DNA of 64,000 bases, from positions 64,001-128,000 of IMG/VR virus record IMGVR_UViG_3300025131_009739, one strand, 5' to 3'. Position numbers and translations under genes: made by a program. Position 1 is the stretch's first letter, and every line of letters begins with the position of its first letter. Below are positions 29,001-37,739 of the stretch, piece after piece. The stretch comes from a virus. The notes under the pieces were generated by a model. The model did not search any database, had not been told where the DNA came from, and saw only the letters and a program-made list of their open reading frames with translations.

Positions 29001-32000
29001 GTCTTCGCCGGATGTCTTCGCGACAATTTCGTTCATGGCTAGTTTGACTTCCTGAATTTGTACTTTATGCTCAGCTAACTGCTTGCGCGCGTTTTCTATC
29101 GATATGTCCTTCTCTACACCATAAGCCTCCATCCGTATAACGGCGGTGAGACCTAGGTCTTCTTGGCGCGCCGCTCTGCGCGATTTCGTTGCTTCACCGG
29201 TTACTGGATCGACCACCTTCACATATTCAACATCTTCAGGATTCGCAGCTTCGTATTTGAGGGGAAAATATTCTGCTAAATCATCGTTTGTGCTATATAA
29301 ATTAGAATCTGGATGACATCGAGCTAAGTCATAAACTTTGTCTCTCAAAAATTCTGCCAGATCCGGGATCCTTGGCTCGCCGGAGCCAGCCAATACTCCA
29401 GCTACTTTGTCAGCAACTGTTTTTGATTCATGATCTACTAATGGCATAATAGCTTCGTATATGCTAGGGTCGTCTTTTATCGTGTTCAGATCCGATGCAA
29501 CAATCTTTATTTTATCTCCAAGTTCTTTGCCAATTGAATCCCCAATTAATTTAGAAAGTAATGCTTTCATTGGGCCGCTGCCAAAAGATAATTCTGTGTC
29601 AAAAGCTGCCGAAGTTATAATCGACTTAAACACTCTTTCCATAATTCCTACTCGAACTAAAAGTCTAATTATTGCTGGTCCTTTACTCCAATCTACTTCT
29701 TCAATTACTATTTCGTCCGGAAGATCATCTTCGTTCTTCACTCTTTTTATTATAGGATCTGGAGGATATGATATTAATGTCTTCCCAATTGTAGGAACAG
29801 TACTTAAATCCGATAAATCAGAGTCCGCCATGGAAGCTTTGTGTTTATTCGCAGCATCTTTAGATACATCATTTAAATCGATAAGGCTATCCACTCCGGT
29901 GTTTATGTCCTGTAATGCAGCTGCAACACCCGCAATTACTTTTTCATGCACAGTGTCAAAATCACCCCTTGCTTTATCAGCAATTCCGTATTTCAGTGAT
30001 AATTCAGAAAGATCTCTTAAGATACTTCTAAAAGCAGTTCCATATAAATGTTTTCTGCCTTGTTTGCGTTCTGACAAAATATCTTTTAAAGAGTGCGATA
30101 ATGACTTTCCGGTTGGCGCGCCATGGGCATCGTCTTCGTCTATTATCATAGACGAGTCAAAAGATGGGAGCTTGCCCGCGATATCCCCTTGCCCCGAGAT
30201 TTGTCTCATAACCATCCTTTCAAATAGTTGTGGAGCAATTGGCTCGAGCGTTCGGAATCCGTCCCAGCCGGGCCCAGTTTGCCAATTTTTCTCAAGCACC
30301 TCTTTCGTCTTTGCAAGATAGTAACCTGGAGTTTGTCCATCCGGGCTGTGGTGGCCCATACCATCCCATAATTTTAGCAACTCTGTACTTCTATAATTCA
30401 AAAGATCGCCATTGGGATCGCCTGGTTTAACAACTGTAATCAAGTAATCGTCTGTTATACATTCAGTATCTTTGTCTAAAGGGTTCCATGGTTCGTAGTT
30501 TGCTTTTTGTGTCGGGAATATTTTATATGTAGCTTCATAAACTGGCTCTGGCGGTGGTCCCGGGGGTGGGTCAAGATCTGGGTTACAAAAAATTCTTTTA
30601 GGAGAAGGTTGCGGCGCGGGGATCCACCCAGCCCGTTTTCCAGTCGCTGGGTCGACTATCATTATTTGTTCATCACTTGTTGCTATTTTTGGAGTTAGAG
30701 AATTCCCACCGTGACCCTCTTCCCACTGCCCCCTGTTAACCCACATTGTGTCGGGGAGAATTGGTTCAAGCGTTTCAGGATCTATATACGCCTTTTTCGG
30801 GACCCAGCCGTTCCAATACCCAAGAGTGTCGATGGCCTCCGACCCCGCCCATTCAGCCTCCACTAAAATGATCTCCTTACTTTCAGATTTTGATTCAGTA
30901 AAACCATAAAGATCATAATAACCCCATTTATAAAAACTTAAAGCTCTCATCAAGTGTCCTCCAAAGAAGTTTTTTTCCCACGCCTTTTCCGTGCCGTGCC
31001 ACTCGTTCATGAATTTGCCGTTGCCCTGGTAATATGGAAAGTCATGCCGATTGTCCTTGCCAATATCCCACACAAATACAAGAAGCTGTACTAAGACTGT
31101 TTTTAGATCATTCACAGACCATCTCGTGTCTTTGGGTACCCAGTCAGTGCGCGGGAGGAGATGGGAGGTTGCGGTGAAGACGATTTTTTCGTGCGTTGTG
31201 GTCCTATATCCACCGGGCTGGCTCTGGTCCCGGGTCCTTTCTTCGTGCTTCACCACCTTCGGCTTTGGCGGGGAGGTGTATGTGATATAGTAGCCTTTGT
31301 CAACGAATTCTTGGGCTTTGTTTAATTTTGCTAGCAGTACAGATATATTTGGTGTAGGATTATTATCAAATGTTGTGTCTGGTCCAGGTTCTGTGTATCT
31401 CCATGGCCTGGAACCGCCCATTCTAAAATTATAGTCAATAACCTTGGGCAACCATCCGTGTGGCCCACCTTCAAATGTTAACGGATTATAATAAAATGAA
31501 CTAAAATATTTAGTGTCGGATCTTAAACGAAGATCTTTTTCCTGGGGTTCTTCTCCCAGTATATCATAATCAAGTATATATCTGCTATAAAACCTAAATG
31601 CAATTGTTGCTAAATCATCAAATTCTTGAGGCGTTAAATTATTATATCTTTCGATAAGTCTTTTATGAGGTAAATTAAACCATGATGCTTCTATAATTTG
31701 TCTTTTTTTCCCGGCGCCCGTCCCAAACTTGTTGTATATGCGATATGCACTTCCGCTCTTTCCACTTCCGATATATCCGGCGGCTTCGGCTGCGGCGTTT
31801 GCTGCGTCGTCGCCGGCTTTCTTCATACTTTTGTCGTCTTCGTTAAAAATACCATTATGTTTAAGTTCATAAAATACTTCGCCATCCCAATATTTATATC
31901 GAGCATCAAAGAGATCCTGCACCATGTATGATTGGAGGTCTTCCATTAATTTAATATGTCTTTTGATTTCATCACATTCGCTAGTTGCTCCTCCGCCGCG

Positions 32001-35000
32001 CTCCATTTCAACCGCTTTTTGTTCTAGATATTCAGCATCAAAAATATTAAATCTGTATTTATGATACGACGAAACGCCCATTGGTGGTGTGGCTTCCTCG
32101 TAAAGAAACAGTTTCTCTTCTTTCATAGAATCAATTCCTGCAACAATTCTTTTCAAAAATGGGGCATCTAAAAGAGCAGTGGCGAACTTACCTACGTCTG
32201 CTTTCATCGAGCCGCCGGCGCCTTCTATAATCGCTTTAACAGCGCTGGAATTCGAAGCTTCCATCGATTCAACTAAAATATTTTGTACTATTTTTTTCGT
32301 ATCTTGTTGCACTTTTTCAGTTGAGTTGCTACTTCGAAGTAGATGTTTAACAGCAGAACCAAGCGCTTCTTTATCAGATTGTTTTTTTAAATTAACTTGC
32401 TCATTAATTTTTTCCTCGGACAAGCCTCTTTGTTGTAAAGCTTCTCTTAAAGTTTGTTCATAATTTGAACCTATATCATCGCAGAGTTTTACTATTGGCT
32501 CATCTGGTAAATCAGGCCGATCACATATACTTGTATCTACCTTCCCATCAAGAGATCGAAAAAATTGAATTACATTTTCACCGTTACCTAGAGTCCCGGG
32601 GCCGCCTTTTTCTGCTATAACTGTAAACGGCGGGGCATCGTTTTCGGGATCTGCAGCAAAATCCATAATAAACTTTAAAACTTTCTGCATACGTGGTGCT
32701 TCTACCGGCTCCGTCCCTCTTACAAGCATGCAAAGTTCACCAGGAGTTAAAGACGCCAATAATCTTTTTAAGAAGTCATTTGCATCTTGGCCCAAAAATA
32801 GAGGCGCGGCCGCTTTTTCAAAGCCTACAAGAGCTTCCAGCGGAAGTTGGCCATATTTATTTGTATCATCATCATCACAGAAGTCTAATATTTGCCATAT
32901 TAATTCACGTAAAGGTTTGATAACTTCTTCTTCTAGCATTCTCATAGCTTCTTCTTCAAGCCTTTTCTTTGCCATTCTGACTATAAAGTCCCAAATAGCA
33001 TCCCAAATCGGCCATTCATCTGGCATTGAAAAACTAATATCGCATTTTTTCTTTGCTGGTTTTTCATCCAGAGATTCTTCCGCGAACAAAAGATGATTAA
33101 GCAACCAAATTAAGGCAGCAACTGCAGCAAACGGGCCCAAAGCTATAACAAGACAAATTATTCTTTTTATCTTTTTTTCATTCGGGCTGTCGATAAGGCT
33201 AGTAAGCATTTGATCGGCGGCGTCGCTGCCCGTGTTAACCTGGTCGGATGCAGCGTTCTGCAAAGGGTCCATGAGTTCTTGATGACTAACATCAATATAT
33301 TCTCCAGGAATTTCAAAACCATCTTCCATAATAAACTGGACAATTGCATCTACGCCGTATTCAGCGCCAACTGTCCTAATAATTTCGTCACAAATCCAAT
33401 CAATCAGGTCTTCCAAACTTACCATCAGTCCAAGACATTCTAAAAGTTTAATTACTAAAGTCGGTATATCAATTCCACCTAAAATGTATGCATATGCGTC
33501 ATGAACTGATCTAATTTTATTTGGGGCTCTTGGCATATTCTTCCATACCATGTCTCCAATATAATCAGAAAGATTTGTACTACTTTCATTAATTAAAAAT
33601 TGTAGTGCTGACTCAGTTGTTAAACTACGTGAAGTTTGCCTGTGTTGGGAAGCTTCGTCACCTGAGTGCCAACCAGCTAACGACTTGGCCAAATCCATGA
33701 GAGAGCCTTTATCAAAAGATTTTTCAGGCTGCGGAAAAACATACCGCTCAATAAACTCATCAACTGGCATGGGTTCTTTCTGAGAAACCCCTGGAGCCGT
33801 CATGTTGCAAGGATCTTTAGCCGCTTCCAGTGTTGATGTGGCGGCCGCGGCTTGTGCTTGCATTTTTAATTCTTCTGGAGATGGCTTTCCGCCTATCGCT
33901 TTGTACCCAATTTCTCTCAAATTAGCCAGATACCATCTAGTGCCATGATTTGCCAATGGAGGCTTAGTAAACGGTAGATTTGTATCTTTAGTCTGGGGAG
34001 AACCCCAAACGTGGGGTGGCCAGGTGTCGCCTTCGGCAATCTTACCATCAAGAGAATCCTTGGCATGCTTCCATGGAATATTTAATCCTTCATCAATACC
34101 TGACTCGCCGCCGAACTGATTTTTCAGAACATAAGGAGTATAAATATTAACTCCGTCTGTTGCTTTATTTACGCGTCCAACATATATTATTCCAGGAATT
34201 ATTCCTCGTTCGACGTCTTCTTTTAATTTTTTGGTAAGGTCTCCAGCAACGTCGCGTTGATAATATTCTTGAAACCCAATTTCAAATGGAGCTGCAGTTG
34301 CATGACCCTTCGAACGCAAAAAACTTACAATCTTATCGCCGGCGGCCTGCAGGTCTGCCGCATCCCTTTTGAAAGAAAGTTCAGGCCACTTATCTATTTC
34401 GTCACTACTATAAGACCGATCTAAGCTTGTTCCTGGTGGAGGCCTGTTATATTTAAAATATGACTTTGATAACTTTTTATCATATTTTTTTAGGCCGCCA
34501 GCTACTCTGCCAATTAAATCCTCAAACTCTATAACATTATTAAACGTTTGACGAAACTTGGGGAGGGCTCGATCAATTACAAGGACCTTTTCCTCCGGCT
34601 CGTCGTTGCTGATGGCTTTGGGAACTACTACTGTCGGGTCACCAAGATCTGCTTGCAACTCAATTAATTTTTCTTTAGAAATTGTAACAGAAACTACAAG
34701 TCGAAACGGATCTGAATCTTTAGGTCTAGGAGAAATCCACATGGGGCTCGACACAGAGACGGATCCGTCTTTATCACTCAAAAAAACTTCAAAATCTTTT
34801 TGTGCTAGAGGATCTGTTGTTGTGTATTTTTTACCCTCCAAAGCCCGGGGGGCCAACGAGGTATCGGCCAGTATTTTGTCTTGACTGAGACCAAAAGCTT
34901 TAAGAATTGTCCATGTGCCACGATTTCCTGCTTCCATGGACAACTCCTCGGCGACAGCGAGGAGGATGTTGAAGTCTTCGTCCGTGCCGCCGGCTTCGGC

Positions 35001-35180
35001 CTTGGCCTGAGACACGTCATAGTCCCATGTTCCTATTGAAAATATATTTCCACCGGTGGAAGCTGCTCCTGCGGAACGTGGACGTACAGACACAACAACT
35101 TCGTAAGTGTCCGGACCAGAAGTATGAGGTGGCGAAATTACCTCCTCAATTACAATATTTTCCATTAATGTTTTTGGCAT
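26070..35180 (-). CDS. Giant hypothetical baseplate/tail-tip or ejected protein with an internal domain duplication and one hydrophobic helix
   Basis: 3036 aa, located between the spike and gp25 genes. It has a duplicated unit (EIxRHIxLME...LTPQExxDLxTIAFRFYSRY...FGGHLxxALxxYKxG) and a hydrophobic segment IICLVIALGPFAAVAALIWLLNHLLFA. Confidence 0.5.
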   Translation of the reverse strand: MPKTLMENIVIEEVISPPHTSGPDTYEVVVSVRPRSAGAASTGGNIFSIGTWDYDVSQAKAEAGGTDEDFNILLAVAEELSMEAGNRGTWTILKAFGLSQDKILADTSLAPRALEGKKYTTTDPLAQKDFEVFLSDKDGSVSVSSPMWISPRPKDSDPFRLVVSVTISKEKLIELQADLGDPTVVVPKAISNDEPEEKVLVIDRALPKFRQTFNNVIEFEDLIGRVAGGLKKYDKKLSKSYFKYNRPPPGTSLDRSYSSDEIDKWPELSFKRDAADLQAAGDKIVSFLRSKGHATAAPFEIGFQEYYQRDVAGDLTKKLKEDVERGIIPGIIYVGRVNKATDGVNIYTPYVLKNQFGGESGIDEGLNIPWKHAKDSLDGKIAEGDTWPPHVWGSPQTKDTNLPFTKPPLANHGTRWYLANLREIGYKAIGGKPSPEELKMQAQAAAATSTLEAAKDPCNMTAPGVSQKEPMPVDEFIERYVFPQPEKSFDKGSLMDLAKSLAGWHSGDEASQHRQTSRSLTTESALQFLINESSTNLSDYIGDMVWKNMPRAPNKIRSVHDAYAYILGGIDIPTLVIKLLECLGLMVSLEDLIDWICDEIIRTVGAEYGVDAIVQFIMEDGFEIPGEYIDVSHQELMDPLQNAASDQVNTGSDAADQMLTSLIDSPNEKKIKRIICLVIALGPFAAVAALIWLLNHLLFAEESLDEKPAKKKCDISFSMPDEWPIWDAIWDFIVRMAKKRLEEEAMRMLEEEVIKPLRELIWQILDFCDDDDTNKYGQLPLEALVGFEKAAAPLFLGQDANDFLKRLLASLTPGELCMLVRGTEPVEAPRMQKVLKFIMDFAADPENDAPPFTVIAEKGGPGTLGNGENVIQFFRSLDGKVDTSICDRPDLPDEPIVKLCDDIGSNYEQTLREALQQRGLSEEKINEQVNLKKQSDKEALGSAVKHLLRSSNSTEKVQQDTKKIVQNILVESMEASNSSAVKAIIEGAGGSMKADVGKFATALLDAPFLKRIVAGIDSMKEEKLFLYEEATPPMGVSSYHKYRFNIFDAEYLEQKAVEMERGGGATSECDEIKRHIKLMEDLQSYMVQDLFDARYKYWDGEVFYELKHNGIFNEDDKSMKKAGDDAANAAAEAAGYIGSGKSGSAYRIYNKFGTGAGKKRQIIEASWFNLPHKRLIERYNNLTPQEFDDLATIAFRFYSRYILDYDILGEEPQEKDLRLRSDTKYFSSFYYNPLTFEGGPHGWLPKVIDYNFRMGGSRPWRYTEPGPDTTFDNNPTPNISVLLAKLNKAQEFVDKGYYITYTSPPKPKVVKHEERTRDQSQPGGYRTTTHEKIVFTATSHLLPRTDWVPKDTRWSVNDLKTVLVQLLVFVWDIGKDNRHDFPYYQGNGKFMNEWHGTEKAWEKNFFGGHLMRALSFYKWGYYDLYGFTESKSESKEIILVEAEWAGSEAIDTLGYWNGWVPKKAYIDPETLEPILPDTMWVNRGQWEEGHGGNSLTPKIATSDEQIMIVDPATGKRAGWIPAPQPSPKRIFCNPDLDPPPGPPPEPVYEATYKIFPTQKANYEPWNPLDKDTECITDDYLITVVKPGDPNGDLLNYRSTELLKLWDGMGHHSPDGQTPGYYLAKTKEVLEKNWQTGPGWDGFRTLEPIAPQLFERMVMRQISGQGDIAGKLPSFDSSMIIDEDDAHGAPTGKSLSHSLKDILSERKQGRKHLYGTAFRSILRDLSELSLKYGIADKARGDFDTVHEKVIAGVAAALQDINTGVDSLIDLNDVSKDAANKHKASMADSDLSDLSTVPTIGKTLISYPPDPIIKRVKNEDDLPDEIVIEEVDWSKGPAIIRLLVRVGIMERVFKSIITSAAFDTELSFGSGPMKALLSKLIGDSIGKELGDKIKIVASDLNTIKDDPSIYEAIMPLVDHESKTVADKVAGVLAGSGEPRIPDLAEFLRDKVYDLARCHPDSNLYSTNDDLAEYFPLKYEAANPEDVEYVKVVDPVTGEATKSRRAARQEDLGLTAVIRMEAYGVEKDISIENARKQLAEHKVQIQEVKLAMNEIVAKTSGEDAAQLAKYHLTNNLHALPRFFNDRGEQEASGFILEKYIKIKFKSNLKETIKDKNLSKQFFDAWANYLPIEHRGNPVAGWLKDGEKFPAYLNPEEFTEAIGNFFTYFGNMNPKHKAASVFDWAQLFDPEGFNERLQELSDKVYNDGEQCYGDKEGYDSLLNITRDARDLVSNGSKAAQMADFLKDNDIELSAELAEFQPDDPKKMVVSRSAEIQRHIALMERLLEFQLKDPKLPAEFEGYVEGGSGRAEDDAGKPFNIPPGLRSLEDEPYGMSHSSNDNDPIPQTVKQPPQIGDFMNVEYDSPAGGGAKMYDFDFLTPQEKRDLETIAFRFYSRYHFGDLTAFYFDPHDTDKAGFSKFPKRAQGNLYDFVKRKGFLDKTVDFRTGLRRPGPMWKHAVDQTEGGKTMKGMYPVPQPNDPRLNLHIPTTLIDLIKMVDMQLRWRDKESDPNSGATNWGISNNPKYDGLCGKGTETFDIDVESQCPDPAYMVYNTSYIQKDATTTQWSLKIPNLASNYISKFDWLHEDERELFGTHRLTANPVGQPIGITTHNQAPFRTSAGLKYKDPIPTEILRSMAKLLCYPYELGDFQRSHGNPDAAHDKYTIPWDQRWTKKDTKHKQDINWTEGGLHTDATIGENWTALFGGHLYWALQYYKKGLWESTLDFISSDTHTPMAAAPSPLGIFTMDSSENSTIIKIPGATPPDLESLKDKPLTGPNGFADVDYGLRLSYVVPQDKSSSSWRRYPLSAIKNGGRQGRESFWGTINDTLKAMWQPGRDAGDAWTDSTSFDGQTFNFQTNLKIHAVDTYDAMKREKSFFMKEVGEFIPEATGGEGIGHKVIVLPILEHNVKADDGLMWNDIKYDEDKFGDLFSQMKEKDDFKLLFSYVVPLQRAVAILSIRDMLNFEQSLEITPYDKSLFGISQNSVIELLKWAFDTSKDYRVSPTPLEEIIKIMEEAGATEADLKNLTDQLSALTVPEPSE

Positions 35181-35198
35181 ATACTTTACCTACCACAT

Positions 35199-36287
35199 TT
35201 AAGATGTCCAAACATTCTTACTCATTATATAAGTAGGCGATGTTGGCAATATTGCATTATGTTTTGTGTTGACCATGTTTGCTTTTAATGTACCAATTTT
35301 CGCCTCCTCGGCTGCCACAGCTACGACCTGCTTTGCGCAGGCGGTGCTGACTGTTGTGCTGGGGAATGTAAATCCGGGCATTACCGAGAAGGGTCCGATA
35401 TCGGCGTGGAATCCGCGGGTCTTCGTGGACACCGTGGACACGAACCCGCCACCGGAGTTGGCGCCCGTGCCCGTGCCCACCGCGTCGAGCGGAGGAATCC
35501 AGGCTGGAGGCACTTTGTGTACGTGATTCATTAGAACTTCAGTAAGTAGATTCTGATCCTTCATAATAGCATTCATGCGTACATAAATTTCATCCATATA
35601 TTCATAGATCCTAGCAAGGTGCCTGGCCATATTCATACCTTTAACCAATGGCTGCAGATCAGAATCATCATTCCCAGCAATAAAATTTATATCATGATAA
35701 CCAACTATTCTTCCTCCTTGCGAATTTCTTGAGGAGCCGCCAGAAATTAATTTTATACCGCCATCTCTACTTATAATTCTCACAGCATCTGCTTTCATAG
35801 CAACAGCAGAGCGACCATTAATGTCTCCAACTGTGCCTCTAGCCAAGTTGAAACCTTGATGGGCATCATCAATATCCGTTTTTTGACTTAAGTAAATTGT
35901 TGCAGCATCTAGTTGGTTGTTCGGATTTAAAGAATTTACTTCTAGTTTTCCACCAATTTTTATTTCTTCTTTTGGCGATCTGCCTCCCATTCCAGCCGTA
36001 ATTCTTACGGCAGAAGAGGCAGGATGATCTTCTACGCCGCCGAAGCCACTCCACAAACCACCTGGCCTATCTCTTCCCAGAATTAAAAAGGCATTTCCGC
36101 TTTTACTTCGAAGCACTTCTTCACAATTACCGTATTCATACGCAGGAGTGGCCTCCAATTTCATCCCCTGGCCGGCACCTGATTTCGCAGCGTGTCGATC
36201 TGCTTCAGAAAGCGATCTCAATTTCTTGGCTTTAGCCGCACTAAGACCAGAATAGTCCATAACGCGTTTTTGATCAATCATTACCAT
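35199..36287 (-). CDS. Baseplate central spike-like protein (gp5 C-terminal / gpV-like beta-helix with HxH tip motif)
   Basis: 362 aa. It has short beta-strand repeats (SAVAMKADAVRIISRDGGIKLISG), then QPLVKG, a coiled segment and NHVH, the HxH metal-binding motif of phage spikes. It sits near gp25/gp6. Confidence 0.6.
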   Translation of the reverse strand: MVMIDQKRVMDYSGLSAAKAKKLRSLSEADRHAAKSGAGQGMKLEATPAYEYGNCEEVLRSKSGNAFLILGRDRPGGLWSGFGGVEDHPASSAVRITAGMGGRSPKEEIKIGGKLEVNSLNPNNQLDAATIYLSQKTDIDDAHQGFNLARGTVGDINGRSAVAMKADAVRIISRDGGIKLISGGSSRNSQGGRIVGYHDINFIAGNDDSDLQPLVKGMNMARHLARIYEYMDEIYVRMNAIMKDQNLLTEVLMNHVHKVPPAWIPPLDAVGTGTGANSGGGFVSTVSTKTRGFHADIGPFSVMPGFTFPSTTVSTACAKQVVAVAAEEAKIGTLKANMVNTKHNAILPTSPTYIMSKNVWTS

Positions 36288-36318
36288 TTATATGATACCT
36301 CACTTTTTCTTTATTATA

Positions 36319-36325
36319 ATAATTA
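36319..36325 (-). promoter_or_regulatory. Candidate late-promoter motif TAnTTAT (TAATTAT)
   Basis: In the 42-nt gap upstream of the spike gene, followed by a GAGGT SD. Confidence 0.4.
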
Positions 36326-36329
36326 ACAA

Positions 36330-37739
36330 CTACGCAAACTTATTTGCTGCAAAATATTTATGTGTAGTTGCCAACTTTTTACCTGTTGTACTCTTTTCTA
36401 TAACCTTTATATTATATCTATCTTGATCCCAGAAGCTATGTGGGCTAAACTCTTCTCCAGAAATAAAATTTTCACGAGGTATCAAACACTCCCAATGCCA
36501 TGGTTCCTTCTTATATGGATTAATCCCAAATTTATATGCATTTTGCCTAAGCCATTGAAAGCTCTTCGAAGCTTGTTGTGTTGGAATTGATTTCTCTTTT
36601 GTCATAGGAGTCAATCCATTATTATTAAAATCAACTGCAAGACCTGTTTGGTGTGGAGAATTCCACCCTCTTCTTTCTTTACCCAATCTTAAGTTGTTAT
36701 ATTCATCCAACAACATTGCTTCCCAAAGTTTATAATGATTAGTTTCGCCTCTTTGAAGAGCTGCCTTAAGATTGTTTGCATTGTTGTTGTTCTTGGCAAA
36801 CTTCTGAAATTTGTTAGAATTTGGGTTCTTTAGCCAAGCATAACGAACTTCAGGGCGCGCCCTTAAGCCATTAGAGCTACTAAACGGCTCGGATCCGCCG
36901 CCTTGATTTATCCATGCAGAATTTAGTTTAGCTAAACGATCAGCAAAAAGCGTGTGAACTTTGGCGCCGCCCGGGATCTTTTTCAACAGAGGACTGTCAC
37001 CGGGTAATGAAGCGAAGGCTCCTGCCCTTACGCGCTGCTCCAAATAAGGAGTATTTGGGGCTATTAATTGTATAGATGAGTCTACAGACGAGACGTCTTT
37101 GATGACTTTATAAGAAGCTATGATGTCTAAGGCTTTCGCTTTATTGAAACTATCTCTTGCACCACCCGCTTCTCCGGATTCGCGTTCCGAAGCGTCGCGA
37201 CCATCTACGCCAGCACCAGGCAGGCCTGCCATTTGAGTTTCGTTGACTATGCCCAAATACATTCTTTCTGCCCTATTTTTCGGATCTCTAAAATCTACCC
37301 AAACTGCTTGGCCGGCAACAGGAAGTTTCATATTTAACCATTTCCCAATACACTTTGGATATCTTTCAACTAAATGTCTGTCTCTATCAGTTAAGTTCTT
37401 GAAATCTTCGTCATTTACAGGAAGCCGTCCTGGAACCCCGAAAGTGTCTATTTCCGGTATGCGCACCCTTAAGACAATCAACGTTCCTTCAGCACCATCT
37501 TCAAACTGATCCCAATATCCCAAGGGAATAGTTTTGTCATCAGAAGGCATCTCGTATTGTTTGAAAACTCTTATAACCTCTGCTATGTAAGGGCCAGTTG
37601 CTTTTAATATTCGTGTTTTATTATGATTGGTGGCCGCATCTCTCATATATTTGAAAGGTGTCGTTTGTGGATCAGTGGGTCTAGAAAATAATGGTGGCTC
37701 AGGCCCATTTATTCCATGTTGTATGCGTTCTACTGCCAT
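36330..37739 (-). CDS. Tail-associated peptidoglycan hydrolase: gp5-like N-terminal domain plus M15 (VanY-like) Zn peptidase
   Basis: 469 aa. The C-terminal SPHQTGLAVDF...WLRQNAYKFG...EPWHWE carries the M15 SxHxxGxAxD and ExWH motifs. The N-terminal LRVRIPE...PVAGQAVWVDF resembles the gp5/VgrG OB-fold. Confidence 0.8.
   Translation of the reverse strand: MAVERIQHGINGPEPPLFSRPTDPQTTPFKYMRDAATNHNKTRILKATGPYIAEVIRVFKQYEMPSDDKTIPLGYWDQFEDGAEGTLIVLRVRIPEIDTFGVPGRLPVNDEDFKNLTDRDRHLVERYPKCIGKWLNMKLPVAGQAVWVDFRDPKNRAERMYLGIVNETQMAGLPGAGVDGRDASERESGEAGGARDSFNKAKALDIIASYKVIKDVSSVDSSIQLIAPNTPYLEQRVRAGAFASLPGDSPLLKKIPGGAKVHTLFADRLAKLNSAWINQGGGSEPFSSSNGLRARPEVRYAWLKNPNSNKFQKFAKNNNNANNLKAALQRGETNHYKLWEAMLLDEYNNLRLGKERRGWNSPHQTGLAVDFNNNGLTPMTKEKSIPTQQASKSFQWLRQNAYKFGINPYKKEPWHWECLIPRENFISGEEFSPHSFWDQDRYNIKVIEKSTTGKKLATTHKYFAANKFA
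37224..37739. repeat. 516-bp direct repeat, copy 1 (5' part of the M15 gene)
   Basis: Colinear with 38600..39115 without indels. By manual comparison there are 26 amino-acid differences in 172 codons. 37325-37394 is identical to 38701-38770. Confidence 0.95.
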
